Below are positions 9,299-19,707 of a stretch of DNA of 64,000 nt, piece after piece. The notes beneath the pieces were generated by a model. That model had not been told where the DNA came from. It ran no database searches and was given only the letters and a program-made list of their open reading frames with translations. The stretch is from Thermoproteota archaeon. GTDB taxonomy: Archaea; Asgardarchaeota; Njordarchaeia; Njordarchaeales; Panguiarchaeaceae. The number at the start of each line of letters is the position of its first letter. Positions within the stretch are counted from its first letter, which is position 1. The DNA lies in the NCBI GenBank assembly GCA_024720975.1, contig JANJXX010000003.1, forward strand, positions 85,543-149,542, in the 5' to 3' direction. A program made the translations under genes and the position numbers.

Positions 9299-11035
9299 TT
9301 AGCCTTGACCCCAGCGGAATATCTTATCTTTGACAGTCTCTCTTATAAGATCAATTATCCTATCAGGACGACCCCCTTCTAGTATATTAGGTGACTCGTT
9401 AACAATCCCTCTAACTGCAGATATTATCTCATTTGCTAGCGCCTCATCCTTAATTTTCACTACATCTCTACCATCAATAAGCTTTATCCAAGGTGGAGTC
9501 ACTTTCAGGCAAAATTTTCCGGCAACAACCTTAACGGCATCTTGTCTAATCTTAACCACAGTTTCTCCCCAAACAAGTTTATATTCTTGAGGACTCGCCA
9601 CCGCAGTAAGCTTTCCCCTCCTAACACTAATTCCTCTAGGAGAACTCAATACCGAGGAACTACCCCAAGATACTTTGACTCTATTGCCCCTCACAGATAT
9701 AAATACCCAGCCTCTATCAAGATCGCTTATGGCCAATAAAGTTCCTTCGAACGGCTTTTTAATTTCGTCTATCCTCCCCTCTTGGATCTTTATTGGACCA
9801 ATTCCGACGTACTCTCCACTCCTGGTATCTATTACCGTTATTGGTCCGACCTTGACATAATCCATATCCTCATCAGAGTACACCTTTATGAAGGGCAGCT
9901 CTACAATTGAACGTCCATGCCTAGCAAAATGCTTTCTTAGCACTTCCAGCGCCTCCTTAGCACTGGAGAATAGTTCACCAAAGTATATAACATCTCTCTC
10001 TGGCTGCATGCGAAGACTGCCCAGTATTTGTTCATAGACATTCTCATCGGTAATAATACAAACTCTGTCGGCCTCACCTCTAAAGTTTCTTCCACTAACA
10101 TCTACATCATAGGATATCTCTCCAAAGATGAACAATCCTCTAGGAGTCCCATCTATCGTTAGAGGCATCAGATATGAGTTGCTCTGAACTATGAGTTCTA
10201 TATTACCAGGCAAAATCAAACTTTGAGTATGCTGGAGACTGTATATGTCGGTTTTTATGTTAATCTTCGCCAATCTTGGCGAAATTCCTTCGAATCTTAT
10301 CAATGCTATGGCGACTATTGCTGCGACAAACAATAGCGCTGTCGCCTGCCAAATTTGCGACAGGAAGATGCTCCATGTGGGATTGACTAGTTTTAGCAAA
10401 CCAAGTATGGACGCAATTATACCTACCGCTAACATATACCAGAATGCTGTAATTACTGCACCTCTTATGGCCATTGCCGTGTAACCTAAGGACAAATTTA
10501 TAGTGAAATTTCTGGCTACTGCGCTGACGATAAGCAGTAGTAATGACACTATTATTAGTTTGTCGGCGTCACCAAATATTGTTAATAGGCCTGTCATTAT
10601 GTTCAATTTGACTAGAATCCAATAAGCAAAGATTCCAATACACGTAGACCTAATGGCTCTCGCAATTGTCACTAATACACTCTGCGAGACTCCAAGGAAT
10701 TCATCTTCAAGATCTGTAGTTGACACGAAAGCCACTATTGATAACACAATGAATGCATCTTGAAGCCAGACCGGAGCATATACTCCGGTGTTGAGTTTAA
10801 ACATATCTGCAAGGATAAGAGCAATGGCTGCCAGCAGGAATAGTGCAGCCGTGCTCTTATTAGCATTAGGATAATAGTTCCTCATTCGTATGATACCTAT
10901 GCTCAGTAATACTGAGGCAATCAATAAAATAACCCAGCTCTCAGCAACATGGCAATATTTGGTTATGTCGTCAAGACAAAGTATTATAGCGACACCCACA
11001 GCTACTAAAAGTGCATCAAGACCTCTACTCATCAT
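9299..11035 (-). CDS. Polytopic membrane protein with large beta-rich C-terminal domain
   Basis: About 8 N-terminal TM segments followed by a soluble beta-rich region; ATGA overlap with the upstream ArsR gene. Confidence 0.75.
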   Translation of the reverse strand: MMSRGLDALLVAVGVAIILCLDDITKYCHVAESWVILLIASVLLSIGIIRMRNYYPNANKSTAALFLLAAIALILADMFKLNTGVYAPVWLQDAFIVLSIVAFVSTTDLEDEFLGVSQSVLVTIARAIRSTCIGIFAYWILVKLNIMTGLLTIFGDADKLIIVSLLLLIVSAVARNFTINLSLGYTAMAIRGAVITAFWYMLAVGIIASILGLLKLVNPTWSIFLSQIWQATALLFVAAIVAIALIRFEGISPRLAKINIKTDIYSLQHTQSLILPGNIELIVQSNSYLMPLTIDGTPRGLFIFGEISYDVDVSGRNFRGEADRVCIITDENVYEQILGSLRMQPERDVIYFGELFSSAKEALEVLRKHFARHGRSIVELPFIKVYSDEDMDYVKVGPITVIDTRSGEYVGIGPIKIQEGRIDEIKKPFEGTLLAISDLDRGWVFISVRGNRVKVSWGSSSVLSSPRGISVRRGKLTAVASPQEYKLVWGETVVKIRQDAVKVVAGKFCLKVTPPWIKLIDGRDVVKIKDEALANEIISAVRGIVNESPNILEGGRPDRIIDLIRETVKDKIFRWGQG

Positions 11036-11439
11036 TCTTTCTCACCTTGTAAGAATTTTTTATGAACGTCAACAATGAGAGAATATACTTCCTTACCCTT
11101 GTCGGAAATTACATACTTTCCTCGTGAACGTTCTTGAAGAACAAGATTAAATCTTTGGAGTTTAGACAAATGATGCTTCAGAGAGGATGGACCAAGTTCG
11201 AGTATAGATTCGAGTTCTGTAAAATATCTATCTCTCTCCCAGAGGAGTTCAAGTATCATTATTCTCTCTGGGCTGCTAAGAACTCCAAAGAACTCTGCCA
11301 GTAGCTCTATATTCATCTTCATTTCTGGATAACGCATTATTCTCTTCTCTCTTTCTCGCTTAAGCTCTGCAATTTCCTGCTTAAGCCTCTCGATTTCCTG
11401 CAATAGCTCTTTAACCAAACTTGTTGAGTTGTTCGACAA
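11032..11439 (-). CDS. ArsR-family wHTH regulator with N-terminal coiled coil
   Basis: 'FGVLSSPERIMILELL...SSLKHHLSKL...LV...RGKYVIS' motif; heptad N-terminus. Confidence 0.88.
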   Translation of the reverse strand: MSNNSTSLVKELLQEIERLKQEIAELKREREKRIMRYPEMKMNIELLAEFFGVLSSPERIMILELLWERDRYFTELESILELGPSSLKHHLSKLQRFNLVLQERSRGKYVISDKGKEVYSLIVDVHKKFLQGEKE

Positions 11440-11460
11440 TATGTATCACCAATACATATT
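11438..11460. promoter_or_regulatory. Perfect 9-bp inverted repeat over the SD and start of the ArsR gene (candidate operator or RBS hairpin)
   Basis: AATATGTAT-cacca-ATACATATT. The spacer is the SD (TGGTG on the minus strand), with a TTTAAATA TATA-like box about 20 nt upstream. Confidence 0.5.
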
Positions 11461-11578
11461 ATTGTAGTATAATTTTATGTATTTAAACTTTATATTTTTG
11501 AATAATGCTCAACAGAAAAGAAAATAGGACAATCACCGAGCTCTGCATCGCTAGACCATCTAATTCTGTGTTGTAATA

Positions 11579-12316
11579 TCATGTCCTTCCATACTCAAGC
11601 TCAGGCATGTGCTTTTTAGCCATTCTTATTATCAACTCTCCGGTTGGCAACATTCCATGATTGTTATTAAGAAAGAAATATACTTCATCGCTAGGGTTGA
11701 TCTTCTCTCGAACTTTTACAAAAATTTCCAGGAGCTCCTCCTCTGAGTACACATGACTGTACCAGGCCGTCCTACCATGGAGTCGCATATAGAGTTTGTT
11801 TGTTGTCTTGAATACTTGATTTACAAAGTCTGGAGCATCAACAGAAACCATCGTAGCTCCAAGATTTCTGAGCCACTTCTCCCACTTTTGATTGAACCAC
11901 TCCTTATTTCTAAACTCTATCGCAAAAGTATCGCCTAAAGAGGTTTCTTGAATAAACTTCTCCAGTCTTTCTACCGCTGTTACTGTCGGTCTAAGCGATG
12001 GGGGACACTGGAAGAGGTAAAACTTTATTATACCCTCTTTTTCCATTGGTTCGAATAGACTCCTAAATTTTTTCCATAAATCAAATGCTTTCTCACCAAA
12101 TCTACATCTATGTGTTATGAGTTGATTAACTTTGATTGCCCAGGCTAGCGTTCTTCCTCTTCTGGCCCAGCTCTTAGGCAGCGATGCGTGTGGAAATCTA
12201 TAGAAGGACATATTGAGCTCAATTGCATTAAACTCGACGTTCTCAATGTACCATTCAAGACTTCCGCCCTTGTTCCAGAAGTAGTTCCATCCGCTTGTTC
12301 CAACGTATAATATCAT
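11579..12316 (-). CDS. DUF72 family protein
   Basis: 'YVGTSGW', 'ELNMSFY', 'LFQCPPS', 'AIEFRN', 'YMRLHGR', 'FFLNN' motifs. Confidence 0.9.
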   Translation of the reverse strand: MILYVGTSGWNYFWNKGGSLEWYIENVEFNAIELNMSFYRFPHASLPKSWARRGRTLAWAIKVNQLITHRCRFGEKAFDLWKKFRSLFEPMEKEGIIKFYLFQCPPSLRPTVTAVERLEKFIQETSLGDTFAIEFRNKEWFNQKWEKWLRNLGATMVSVDAPDFVNQVFKTTNKLYMRLHGRTAWYSHVYSEEELLEIFVKVREKINPSDEVYFFLNNNHGMLPTGELIIRMAKKHMPELEYGRT

Positions 12317-12397
12317 CCAAGACACTTCATTCACTAGAACTTTGGATTTGTATTGATTCTCTTACTAAAATTAATTTTAATGTATTGGTGATGATAT

Positions 12398-13279
12398 TTG
12401 ACTACGAGATTACAATGCGCTACGTTCTCTATAGTTGCAGCCGACGTGGAGGCCGGCCTTTGGGGAGTTGCAGTGGCCTCAAAATTTGTTGCTGTTGGTG
12501 CTTTGGTCCCCTGGGCAAAAGCTAAAGTCGGTGCTATAGCAACCCAAGCATGGGCGAACATATCATTTGGTCCGAGAGGGCTAGAACTACTCTCACAGGG
12601 ATTCTCTTCTGAGGAGGTTCTTGATAAACTCCTACGTGACGACGATATGAGGGAACACAGACAAGTGGGTATAGTTGATTACTTAGGTAGAGTTGCTGCT
12701 TGGACTGGATCGCAATGCATAGCCTGGGCTGGACACGTTATTGGCGAAAATTATGTTGCCCTTGGAAACATTTTGAGAGGTCCAGAGGTTGTAGAAGCTA
12801 TGGCTAAAGCCTTTGAGACAACGAAAGGAGATATAGTAGATAAGCTACTAGCAGCGCTTGAGGCTGGAGACAACGCAGGAGGTGATCGACGTGGAAAGCA
12901 ATCTGCTGCCATACTTGTGGTGAAGGAAGGGGGTGGGTATGGAGGCTATACAGATCGATATGTAGATCTGAGAGTGGATGATCATCCTGATCCAGTAAAG
13001 GAGCTTAAGAGGATATTTAGGATTTGGGACTTGACATTGCTTACAAGAGAAGATCCTAGCGACGTTGTAAAACTCGAGGATGTTGCAGAAAAATTACAGT
13101 TAGCACTCAGTAAGCTCGGATATTACAAGGAAGCAATCAATGGAAAGCTCACTGAGGAGACATTAAAAGCTTTGGAGGATTGGATGCTCATAAATAACTT
13201 TGAGAACAAAATGAGAAAAGATGGTTATATTTGGGGCAGCGTTTATAGGTATCTCCTAGATCTAGCTGGCCTACATTAA
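12398..13279 (+). CDS. DUF1028 Ntn-hydrolase-like protein with C-terminal peptidoglycan-binding-like helical domain
   Basis: 'TFSIVA', 'GAIATQA', 'GGDRRGKQSAA', 'DLRVDDHPDP' motifs; SD GGTGA before TTG. Confidence 0.9.
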   Translation: MTTRLQCATFSIVAADVEAGLWGVAVASKFVAVGALVPWAKAKVGAIATQAWANISFGPRGLELLSQGFSSEEVLDKLLRDDDMREHRQVGIVDYLGRVAAWTGSQCIAWAGHVIGENYVALGNILRGPEVVEAMAKAFETTKGDIVDKLLAALEAGDNAGGDRRGKQSAAILVVKEGGGYGGYTDRYVDLRVDDHPDPVKELKRIFRIWDLTLLTREDPSDVVKLEDVAEKLQLALSKLGYYKEAINGKLTEETLKALEDWMLINNFENKMRKDGYIWGSVYRYLLDLAGLH

Positions 13280-13648
13280 AACATGAAACCACTAAACCGT
13301 TTTTCTCCATGAAATCTTTTAAGCCGTTTGAGCTGCTACAGGCACTTAGAACAAAAGAGAAACTAATGAAACAGAAAAATTTCTAAATACCCTTATGAAC
13401 TAACATCAAGCCTCTTGCTTAATGGAGGCAAAATATCATCGGAAGCGGGAGGATATACCTATCTCTCGAGAAGGGCTCAGTGGTGCCCGTCGATGCAGCT
13501 CCTGATAACCCTGCTAACCAAATGAGCAGATGCTGGAGGAAAGTCCGTGTTGACAATATCTATATTCCAAAAATACCGAAAATAATAACACGGGCAGTCA
13601 CAAAAAATCATACTGCAATTCAGGATAAAGGGCATTAGCAGCTCCAGT

Positions 13649-14965
13649 CTACTTATATGCGGAAAAGATAGGTTTTGTTTTAAGTACACGTCTATGCAAC
13701 TCAAATACTACAAATCCGGCGAGAGAAATAATACTGGATACAAAAGATAAGCAGGCTATTGCAAATATTTCAACTTCGATACCACTATATCCCACACCAG
13801 AGTAGAAGCTTTTTAATGCATCCAGCAAAATTCCGGACGTTAGTATAGGTAATACACCAAAACTTAACGTTTCTACCATGTTGTATCGCCCTAAGTACTT
13901 GCCCCGAGCGTTTTCTGGAATAATATCAGCTACATAAGAGTAGGATACATTCATAAATATTACTCTATGCATACCCATCAATATGCTGACTGGAATAAAC
14001 CAGATTATTTGTCTAGGAATAATATACAAGATTGGTAGGATTACACCTAAGAGAAAACCGACTCTAAGTACCGGAACCCTACCTTTTTTATCAGAAATTC
14101 TACCAATTATTGGGTTCATAGCAAATTGTGTCATAGACGATACATTACTTAGCATGCTCATTTCAAGACTTGAAGCCGAAAGAGCTATTCTTAGGTAATA
14201 GTTGAGTATCCTGAATATTGATGCAAATGCTAGAGTGCTCATAGACATTGCCAACATGAATGCATATAATACATTCTTAGCTGCAAAATCTGCGCTTTCT
14301 CCCACTGGATTTCTCCTCGTTGGTTCTACTCTTCTAGTTTCTCTGACAGCTAATGCTATCACTAGCACACTCACAAACATTATAGCTGAAGACATATAGA
14401 AGAGATAGGGAAAGCCTGCAGCTCTAGTTGGATAGTCATAAATTACGCCACCAAAGAAAACGCCAAACATTCTGCCTATGGCTTCGATGGAATATATTTG
14501 ACCTACTACTAATCCTCTTGTTTCTTTCACAGTTAGATCCGCTAAAAGAGCAGACCAAGCGACGTTGCTCATCGACCAAATACTTTCTAATATTGTCAAA
14601 CCCACTATGAGATAATACGCATATAGAGTTGGATTGTCGGTAACATCATACCCAGTAAATACACTCCACGCGTGAGGCGTGAGTAGGATAAAAAATATGC
14701 CAGCTACTGTTTCCCCGACAATAATAAACGGTTTTCTCTTTCCCATGTAGTCAGTACGAGGACCCCATATAATTGATTGCGTTATAGAATTGGCAAGCAT
14801 AGGAAGAGTCATGACAAGCATTGCTTCTGTAAAGCTTCGTTTAAGAACCTCAAGCATGTATAGGGTTAGAAATGCGTAGAATAGACCCCTTCTAACAGCC
14901 AACATAAATTGGAACGCGCCCAGACCCACAATATTTCGTTTTTCCAATTTCAGCGCCGAGGACAA
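13649..14965 (-). CDS. MFS transporter
   Basis: About 12 TM segments; motif A variants 'GPRTDYMGKRK' and 'GRISDKKGR'. Confidence 0.9.
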   Translation of the reverse strand: MSSALKLEKRNIVGLGAFQFMLAVRRGLFYAFLTLYMLEVLKRSFTEAMLVMTLPMLANSITQSIIWGPRTDYMGKRKPFIIVGETVAGIFFILLTPHAWSVFTGYDVTDNPTLYAYYLIVGLTILESIWSMSNVAWSALLADLTVKETRGLVVGQIYSIEAIGRMFGVFFGGVIYDYPTRAAGFPYLFYMSSAIMFVSVLVIALAVRETRRVEPTRRNPVGESADFAAKNVLYAFMLAMSMSTLAFASIFRILNYYLRIALSASSLEMSMLSNVSSMTQFAMNPIIGRISDKKGRVPVLRVGFLLGVILPILYIIPRQIIWFIPVSILMGMHRVIFMNVSYSYVADIIPENARGKYLGRYNMVETLSFGVLPILTSGILLDALKSFYSGVGYSGIEVEIFAIACLSFVSSIISLAGFVVFELHRRVLKTKPIFSAYK

Positions 14966-15115
14966 ACATTCACTAAGCTTACGAAAAATTCTATCGAACT
15001 TTCCGTACTCGATAAAAATAATTATGGCACTATATCCAAACGCTTCCTACTTTTATAAATAGCATATTAATTAACATCTCTACGAAAAAAGAGCTCTATT
15101 AGTATTTCTCGAACA

Positions 15116-15670
15116 CTATAAGAATTCTAACACTCTCCTTGGGTCTGTAGCTATGAACTTTCCTTTTCCTAGATAGTATGCCTGGCTGGCCTTGGAGACG
15201 TCGAGAGTATAATCTTTGCTGAATAAATCCTCTCTATACCAGGCGTAAACTATTTCGCCTATAAAGAAATCATGGTCGCCAGTTCTAACAGTGTCAGTAA
15301 CTTTACACTCGAGAACTACTATGCTATCAGCAATTAAAGGGGCTCTTATCTTTTCGCCATTGAAGGTTTTAATGTTAAATTTCTCAAACTTGTCAATTTT
15401 AGCTCCACTTACGCTACCAACATCCCAAATCAGCTTGGATAATTCGAATGGAAGGAAGTTTACTCCAAATTCCCTATGTTCTGTAATCAACTTATGTGTG
15501 AATCTTTTCGGTGCTATGGATACACCATACAGCGGAGGATCCAAGGACAGGTACGTATGCCAGGACGCCGCCATCGCTGTCGCTCTTCCCGGAATACCCG
15601 CTGTTACTACCACCGTTAATTTAGGATATGTTAGATATGCATAATTTTTGTCCTTGAATGGCTTAAGCAT
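15116..15670 (-). CDS. Flavin reductase-like protein (DIM6/NTAB family)
   Basis: 'LSLDPP', 'GSVSG..DKF', 'LEC', 'GDHDFFIGEI' motifs. Confidence 0.9.
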   Translation of the reverse strand: MLKPFKDKNYAYLTYPKLTVVVTAGIPGRATAMAASWHTYLSLDPPLYGVSIAPKRFTHKLITEHREFGVNFLPFELSKLIWDVGSVSGAKIDKFEKFNIKTFNGEKIRAPLIADSIVVLECKVTDTVRTGDHDFFIGEIVYAWYREDLFSKDYTLDVSKASQAYYLGKGKFIATDPRRVLEFL

Positions 15671-15747
15671 AGCTGCATCACCACACACTCATTGAACCTA
15701 AAATTAGTTTTAATTTTAGATCGTATGAGATGCCTATCTTCCAAACT

Positions 15748-16902
15748 TTATGGCGGCTCATTTTGACTCAGGACAGGCTTTCCTGCAATGTACGTTTGAA
15801 TTACATTCATTTCAGATCCCCTTAGGACAATAGTTTTATAAATATCACCCACGAAGGCTACATTAGGTTTCGCTAGGTCAAATACGAAGAAGTCCGCTTG
15901 ATAACCGATGTCTATTATTCCAGTCTTTAATTTAAGGGCTTTGCTGGGTGTTGCTGTAACGGCAGATAGTAGCTGCTTTGGGTCAGGTGTTGCTCCTTGG
16001 ATTCTAGACAACCTGACAGCAGTTTCAAGTTCTCTAAATATATCTGGCGAATTCAACATTATATTGTCTGTCCCTAAAGCAAATGGAATGCTTAGTTCGA
16101 TCGCATCAGCTATAGGTGGCGGCTTGAGTCCTAGATATAAGTTAGCTCGAGGACAAAAAGTGATTAGCTTGTTTTTCTGAGCAAGCAAAGCTAATTCTTC
16201 GTCTTCTGCATAATTTAAATGAATAACAAAATCAAAGTCCAAGTTCAATTCTAGGGCTCTGCTAATATCTGATACTCCAAACTTCTTGATACTTTCCTCA
16301 CGCTGTTCTATTGTCTCTGAACAGTGAAATGCTAGATACTTATTCATTTCCTTTGTTTTTTCCGCGAAACTAATAAGTTCTTCATTCCGATATGCGTTAA
16401 GAGAACTCAATCCAAGACCGTCAGAAATTTCTAAGACATCCTCCACTGAGCATCCGTCAGGCCTTCCCATAGCAAATCCGTTGAGTGGAAATTTAGAAAT
16501 AGCATCTCTCAAAAGCTTTACTCCTAGCACTCCACCCTCTCGAAAATCAAAGAAAGTCGTTATTCCCCTGGCAGCCATTTCTTTTAACGCCGTTACCATA
16601 CCATCGACTAATTTTTCGGGTGGTGTCTCTGAGAGGATCTTAAACTTAATGCTATCTGGCCTGGCCACAGACTCAAATATTGTCAACCCGTAGGCCTTCT
16701 CACGAGCAATAGCATCACCGATATGAGTGTGCATATTTATGAATCCAGGAACAAGTACAGCCTCCTCATAAAAGACATGAGCCTCACTTCGTTTTCCACC
16801 TATAAGTAACCTCGATATTTTGCCACTCTCAATGTAAACTAACACGTCTTTGCATAGTCTGAGGTCAGGACCTATTAGTGCGTATGTTGCACCAATAATC
16901 AC
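15748..16902 (-). CDS. Amidohydrolase-family metal-dependent deaminase
   Basis: 'PGFINMHTH', 'FHCSE', 'IH', 'CPRAN', 'LGTDN', 'G..ADF' motifs. Confidence 0.9.
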   Translation of the reverse strand: MIIGATYALIGPDLRLCKDVLVYIESGKISRLLIGGKRSEAHVFYEEAVLVPGFINMHTHIGDAIAREKAYGLTIFESVARPDSIKFKILSETPPEKLVDGMVTALKEMAARGITTFFDFREGGVLGVKLLRDAISKFPLNGFAMGRPDGCSVEDVLEISDGLGLSSLNAYRNEELISFAEKTKEMNKYLAFHCSETIEQREESIKKFGVSDISRALELNLDFDFVIHLNYAEDEELALLAQKNKLITFCPRANLYLGLKPPPIADAIELSIPFALGTDNIMLNSPDIFRELETAVRLSRIQGATPDPKQLLSAVTATPSKALKLKTGIIDIGYQADFFVFDLAKPNVAFVGDIYKTIVLRGSEMNVIQTYIAGKPVLSQNEPP

Positions 16903-17029
16903 GTTATGCTCCCCACTTATAGAACCTAAGCACTGATTGAAGGAATGAAACCTCTGCCTAAATATATCATAGCTATATTCTTAATCATTTATGCAGTTTG
17001 TATTAGCCAACAAGTTTTTGGTGAATTTC

Positions 17030-17986
17030 ATGAGAATGACCATAGATCTTCATGACAAGAGGCTTGGAGACGTCATCATTCACAATCCTAGGGATCCTGT
17101 AGATATTGGAATAATTGGAGCACCATTTGACGGCTCAACAAGGGGTAGACCAGGCGCGCGCTTTGCTCCTAGGTGTATCAGAGAAAGCCTGTATTCTATG
17201 ACTACTTTTGTTAATGATGTAGACCTAGAGAATATTCGCATCGGTGACTTTGGAGATATCGAAACGTCATTCAGCTCGGTTGAACGAAATAAGGAAGAAA
17301 TATACTCAGCAGTTAGGGAGGCGCTAAGAAAGTGCAAAAGGATAATAGTAATTGGGGGAGATCACTCAATAACTGAACCAGCTTTCAAAGCCTTTAGCGA
17401 GAGTAGGGAAAGCGTAGGACTCATCGTTTTTGATGCACATCTGGATCTTAGAGATTTAAAAGCCGGAACAGTTTCTAGTGGTACCGTTATGGAAGATATT
17501 CTCAAGAATTTAGGCAATAAGATAAAGCCAGCGAACTTGGTCTATATAGGCATAAGAGATTTTGTTAATCCTAAATATTACGTCGAGAAAGCAAGAAGAC
17601 TGGGGGTTAAAATATACAAAGCACAAGATATACTTTACAGCACACCTGAAACATTTAGTGCACTACTTGAAGATGCTATAAGCAGGGCATCAGATGGCAC
17701 TAATGGGGTTTACATAAGCTTTGATGCTGATGTTATTGATTGCTCCTTTGCGCCTGGACTAAATGCTCCTAGTCCACTAGGATTAAGACCCGAACACGTT
17801 GTACAAGCACTTACATTCTTTGGATCTAAGGACGTAGGAGCTCTTGACATTACTGAAGTTTCGCCACCCTATGATCCGACAGGAAACACGTGCAAAATTG
17901 TATCCGCATGCATAATTGGTTTTATTGCCGGTTCGGCAAAAGTTTTAATGGAAACTCCACATAAAGTAACTAGAACTGATCAGTAG
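17030..17986 (+). CDS. hutG: Ureohydrolase, most likely formimidoylglutamase (agmatinase not excluded)
   Basis: GGDHS, DAHLD, SFDADVID, TEVSP motifs; HutG-like 'SSGT' and 'GIRDFVN'. Confidence 0.75.
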   Translation: MRMTIDLHDKRLGDVIIHNPRDPVDIGIIGAPFDGSTRGRPGARFAPRCIRESLYSMTTFVNDVDLENIRIGDFGDIETSFSSVERNKEEIYSAVREALRKCKRIIVIGGDHSITEPAFKAFSESRESVGLIVFDAHLDLRDLKAGTVSSGTVMEDILKNLGNKIKPANLVYIGIRDFVNPKYYVEKARRLGVKIYKAQDILYSTPETFSALLEDAISRASDGTNGVYISFDADVIDCSFAPGLNAPSPLGLRPEHVVQALTFFGSKDVGALDITEVSPPYDPTGNTCKIVSACIIGFIAGSAKVLMETPHKVTRTDQ

Positions 17987-18048
17987 CGATGCAATAATAG
18001 GGCATTTTTATCTCTCAATCAGAACTAAAAGATAAGAAGTGAAGGATT

Positions 18049-18474
18049 ATGAATGAAAGAATAAAGACTGGCGTGAGCCTACCAAAGGAAATCATTAGAA
18101 TCCTGGACGAATACATGAAGCTCACTGGACTAAAAAGTAGATCAAAGGTTCTATCTGATGCCGTTTTGAATTTCATTAATGAGCAAATTTGGCTAGAGAC
18201 TGAAAGGGATATAACTGGAGTTCTCATAGTCGTCTACAATGAAAAGAGAGGAGATACTGTAAGGAGGTTCCTAGACGTCCAACACGATCATTTAGGTGAG
18301 ATAGTAGCTACAATGCATACCCATGTAACGCACGATAAATGTTTGGAGGTCATACTAGTTAAGAGTAAATCAACATATATACGCCGCCTTGTAGGAGAAA
18401 TCCAGAACATCACTGGCATTGAATACACTAAATTTGTCCCAATACCCATGCAACAGGATTCTAAGCATGACTAA
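18049..18474 (+). CDS. nikR: NikR-family (RHH plus ACT-like) regulator
   Basis: 'GVSLP...SRS' RHH domain; Ni ligands 'QH', 'HTH', 'KCLE'. Confidence 0.85.
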   Translation: MNERIKTGVSLPKEIIRILDEYMKLTGLKSRSKVLSDAVLNFINEQIWLETERDITGVLIVVYNEKRGDTVRRFLDVQHDHLGEIVATMHTHVTHDKCLEVILVKSKSTYIRRLVGEIQNITGIEYTKFVPIPMQQDSKHD

Positions 18475-18716
18475 TGGTGGAGAACTCTTTAAACATTTTT
18501 GAAATAGATGAGCTTAAAATAAACTCCACCTGTCGAATTCCTCGGCGCAGAACCTACTATGAAGACGACCCCCTGTGGATGATACGATTCTCAATAGATG
18601 ACTTTTCCTAGCACACGGACTCATGCTTGAAAAAGCTTTGACGCGAAGTGGTTTGACCCTAATAGTGACAGAAAACGTGACAAGCTCTGGAGGAAGCAAG
18701 GCTAATTAAAACTGAT

Positions 18717-18738
18717 GTCTACGTGCACTCACGTAGAC
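18717..18738. other. Perfect 9-bp hairpin/palindrome between convergent nikR and ttuA
   Basis: GTCTACGTG-cact-CACGTAGAC, followed on the minus strand by ATCAGTTTT. Confidence 0.5.
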
Positions 18739-18765
18739 TAGAATTAACCCACGGATATCTTAATT

Positions 18766-19707
18766 TCAACTGACTAACCCCAGAGTTTCCGTGTTTCGTT
18801 TGCCGGCGCTATCTATGAGTCTACAGAAGGCACACAATTCTGTCTCGCTTTCAGTTGGAAATTCACACTTCTTGCATAAATGTGTGGGTTGCTTGAATGC
18901 GGCCATCTGCTCACGCAGCTTAAGAATGGAACGAATAAAATTTATTTGAGACACAGGATTCGTTTTTAGTATGTGGTCCCATAGGCTCCTATACTTATGC
19001 AATGTTGCCCCTTTACTCAGAGGACAATCCTCTCCAATCACTGGAATCTTATTAAGTTCTGCGTACAATCTGTTTTCCATTTCTGATAAGTAAAACTGAG
19101 GCCTTATTTTCCCAACTAGTTTGATGTCATTTCGAGGTGGTGAAAACTCCGATTGCATCCTCAGTATCGTATACATGTCTTGAGAAAGTAAAGCCTTGAG
19201 AAGTATTGTTGATATATCATCTATGTTATGTCCCGTGGCTAAGTAATCGAAACCACACTCATAAGCAACCTTGTTCAGCACCCATCTCTTAACAATACCA
19301 CAAACAGCACATGGAGGTCTTTTACTCACTCTAATTAGCTCAGGTATTGTGTAACCTATCTCCTTCTTGAGATCGTATACTATTAGTACGACCCCTAATT
19401 TTTTTGAGAACTCTCTCACTATCTCCTCGCTCTTTCTAGAGTAGTCGAAGATTCCTAGATTTATGTGAAATGCAGTAAAGTTAGCTCTATCATCAACTTT
19501 GCTTATTTCACTAAGCGCGTGAAGTAAGGCCATTGAATCCTTCCCGCCTGAGGTAGCTACAAGTACCTCTCCATGAATTTTATGCTTATCGAGGACTCTC
19601 CTGATCCTACCAATATAGTATCCTTTAAAATGCTCGCCGCACAAGGATAGGTTTGCATACGGGAGACGAACTATCGCAGAACTATCACAAAATCTACACT
19701 TTTTCAA
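18766..19707 (-). CDS. ttuA: tRNA 2-thiolation protein, TtuA/Ncs6 family
   Basis: N- and C-terminal zinc fingers, PP-loop SGGKDS, 'PCAVCG', 'TGHNIDD', 'CP' motifs. Confidence 0.9.
   Translation of the reverse strand: MKKCRFCDSSAIVRLPYANLSLCGEHFKGYYIGRIRRVLDKHKIHGEVLVATSGGKDSMALLHALSEISKVDDRANFTAFHINLGIFDYSRKSEEIVREFSKKLGVVLIVYDLKKEIGYTIPELIRVSKRPPCAVCGIVKRWVLNKVAYECGFDYLATGHNIDDISTILLKALLSQDMYTILRMQSEFSPPRNDIKLVGKIRPQFYLSEMENRLYAELNKIPVIGEDCPLSKGATLHKYRSLWDHILKTNPVSQINFIRSILKLREQMAAFKQPTHLCKKCEFPTESETELCAFCRLIDSAGKRNTETLGLVS

Noticed and set aside
13536-13600. GAGGAAAGTCC resembling RNase P RNA conserved region I
   Set aside because: The complementary CACGG lies only about 40 nt downstream, and there is no ACAnAAnnnnGCUUA motif or room for the catalytic domain.
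18514-18699. 61-aa ORF as a possible sulfur carrier for TtuA
   Set aside because: It has no ubiquitin-like pattern, no C-terminal GG and no SD.
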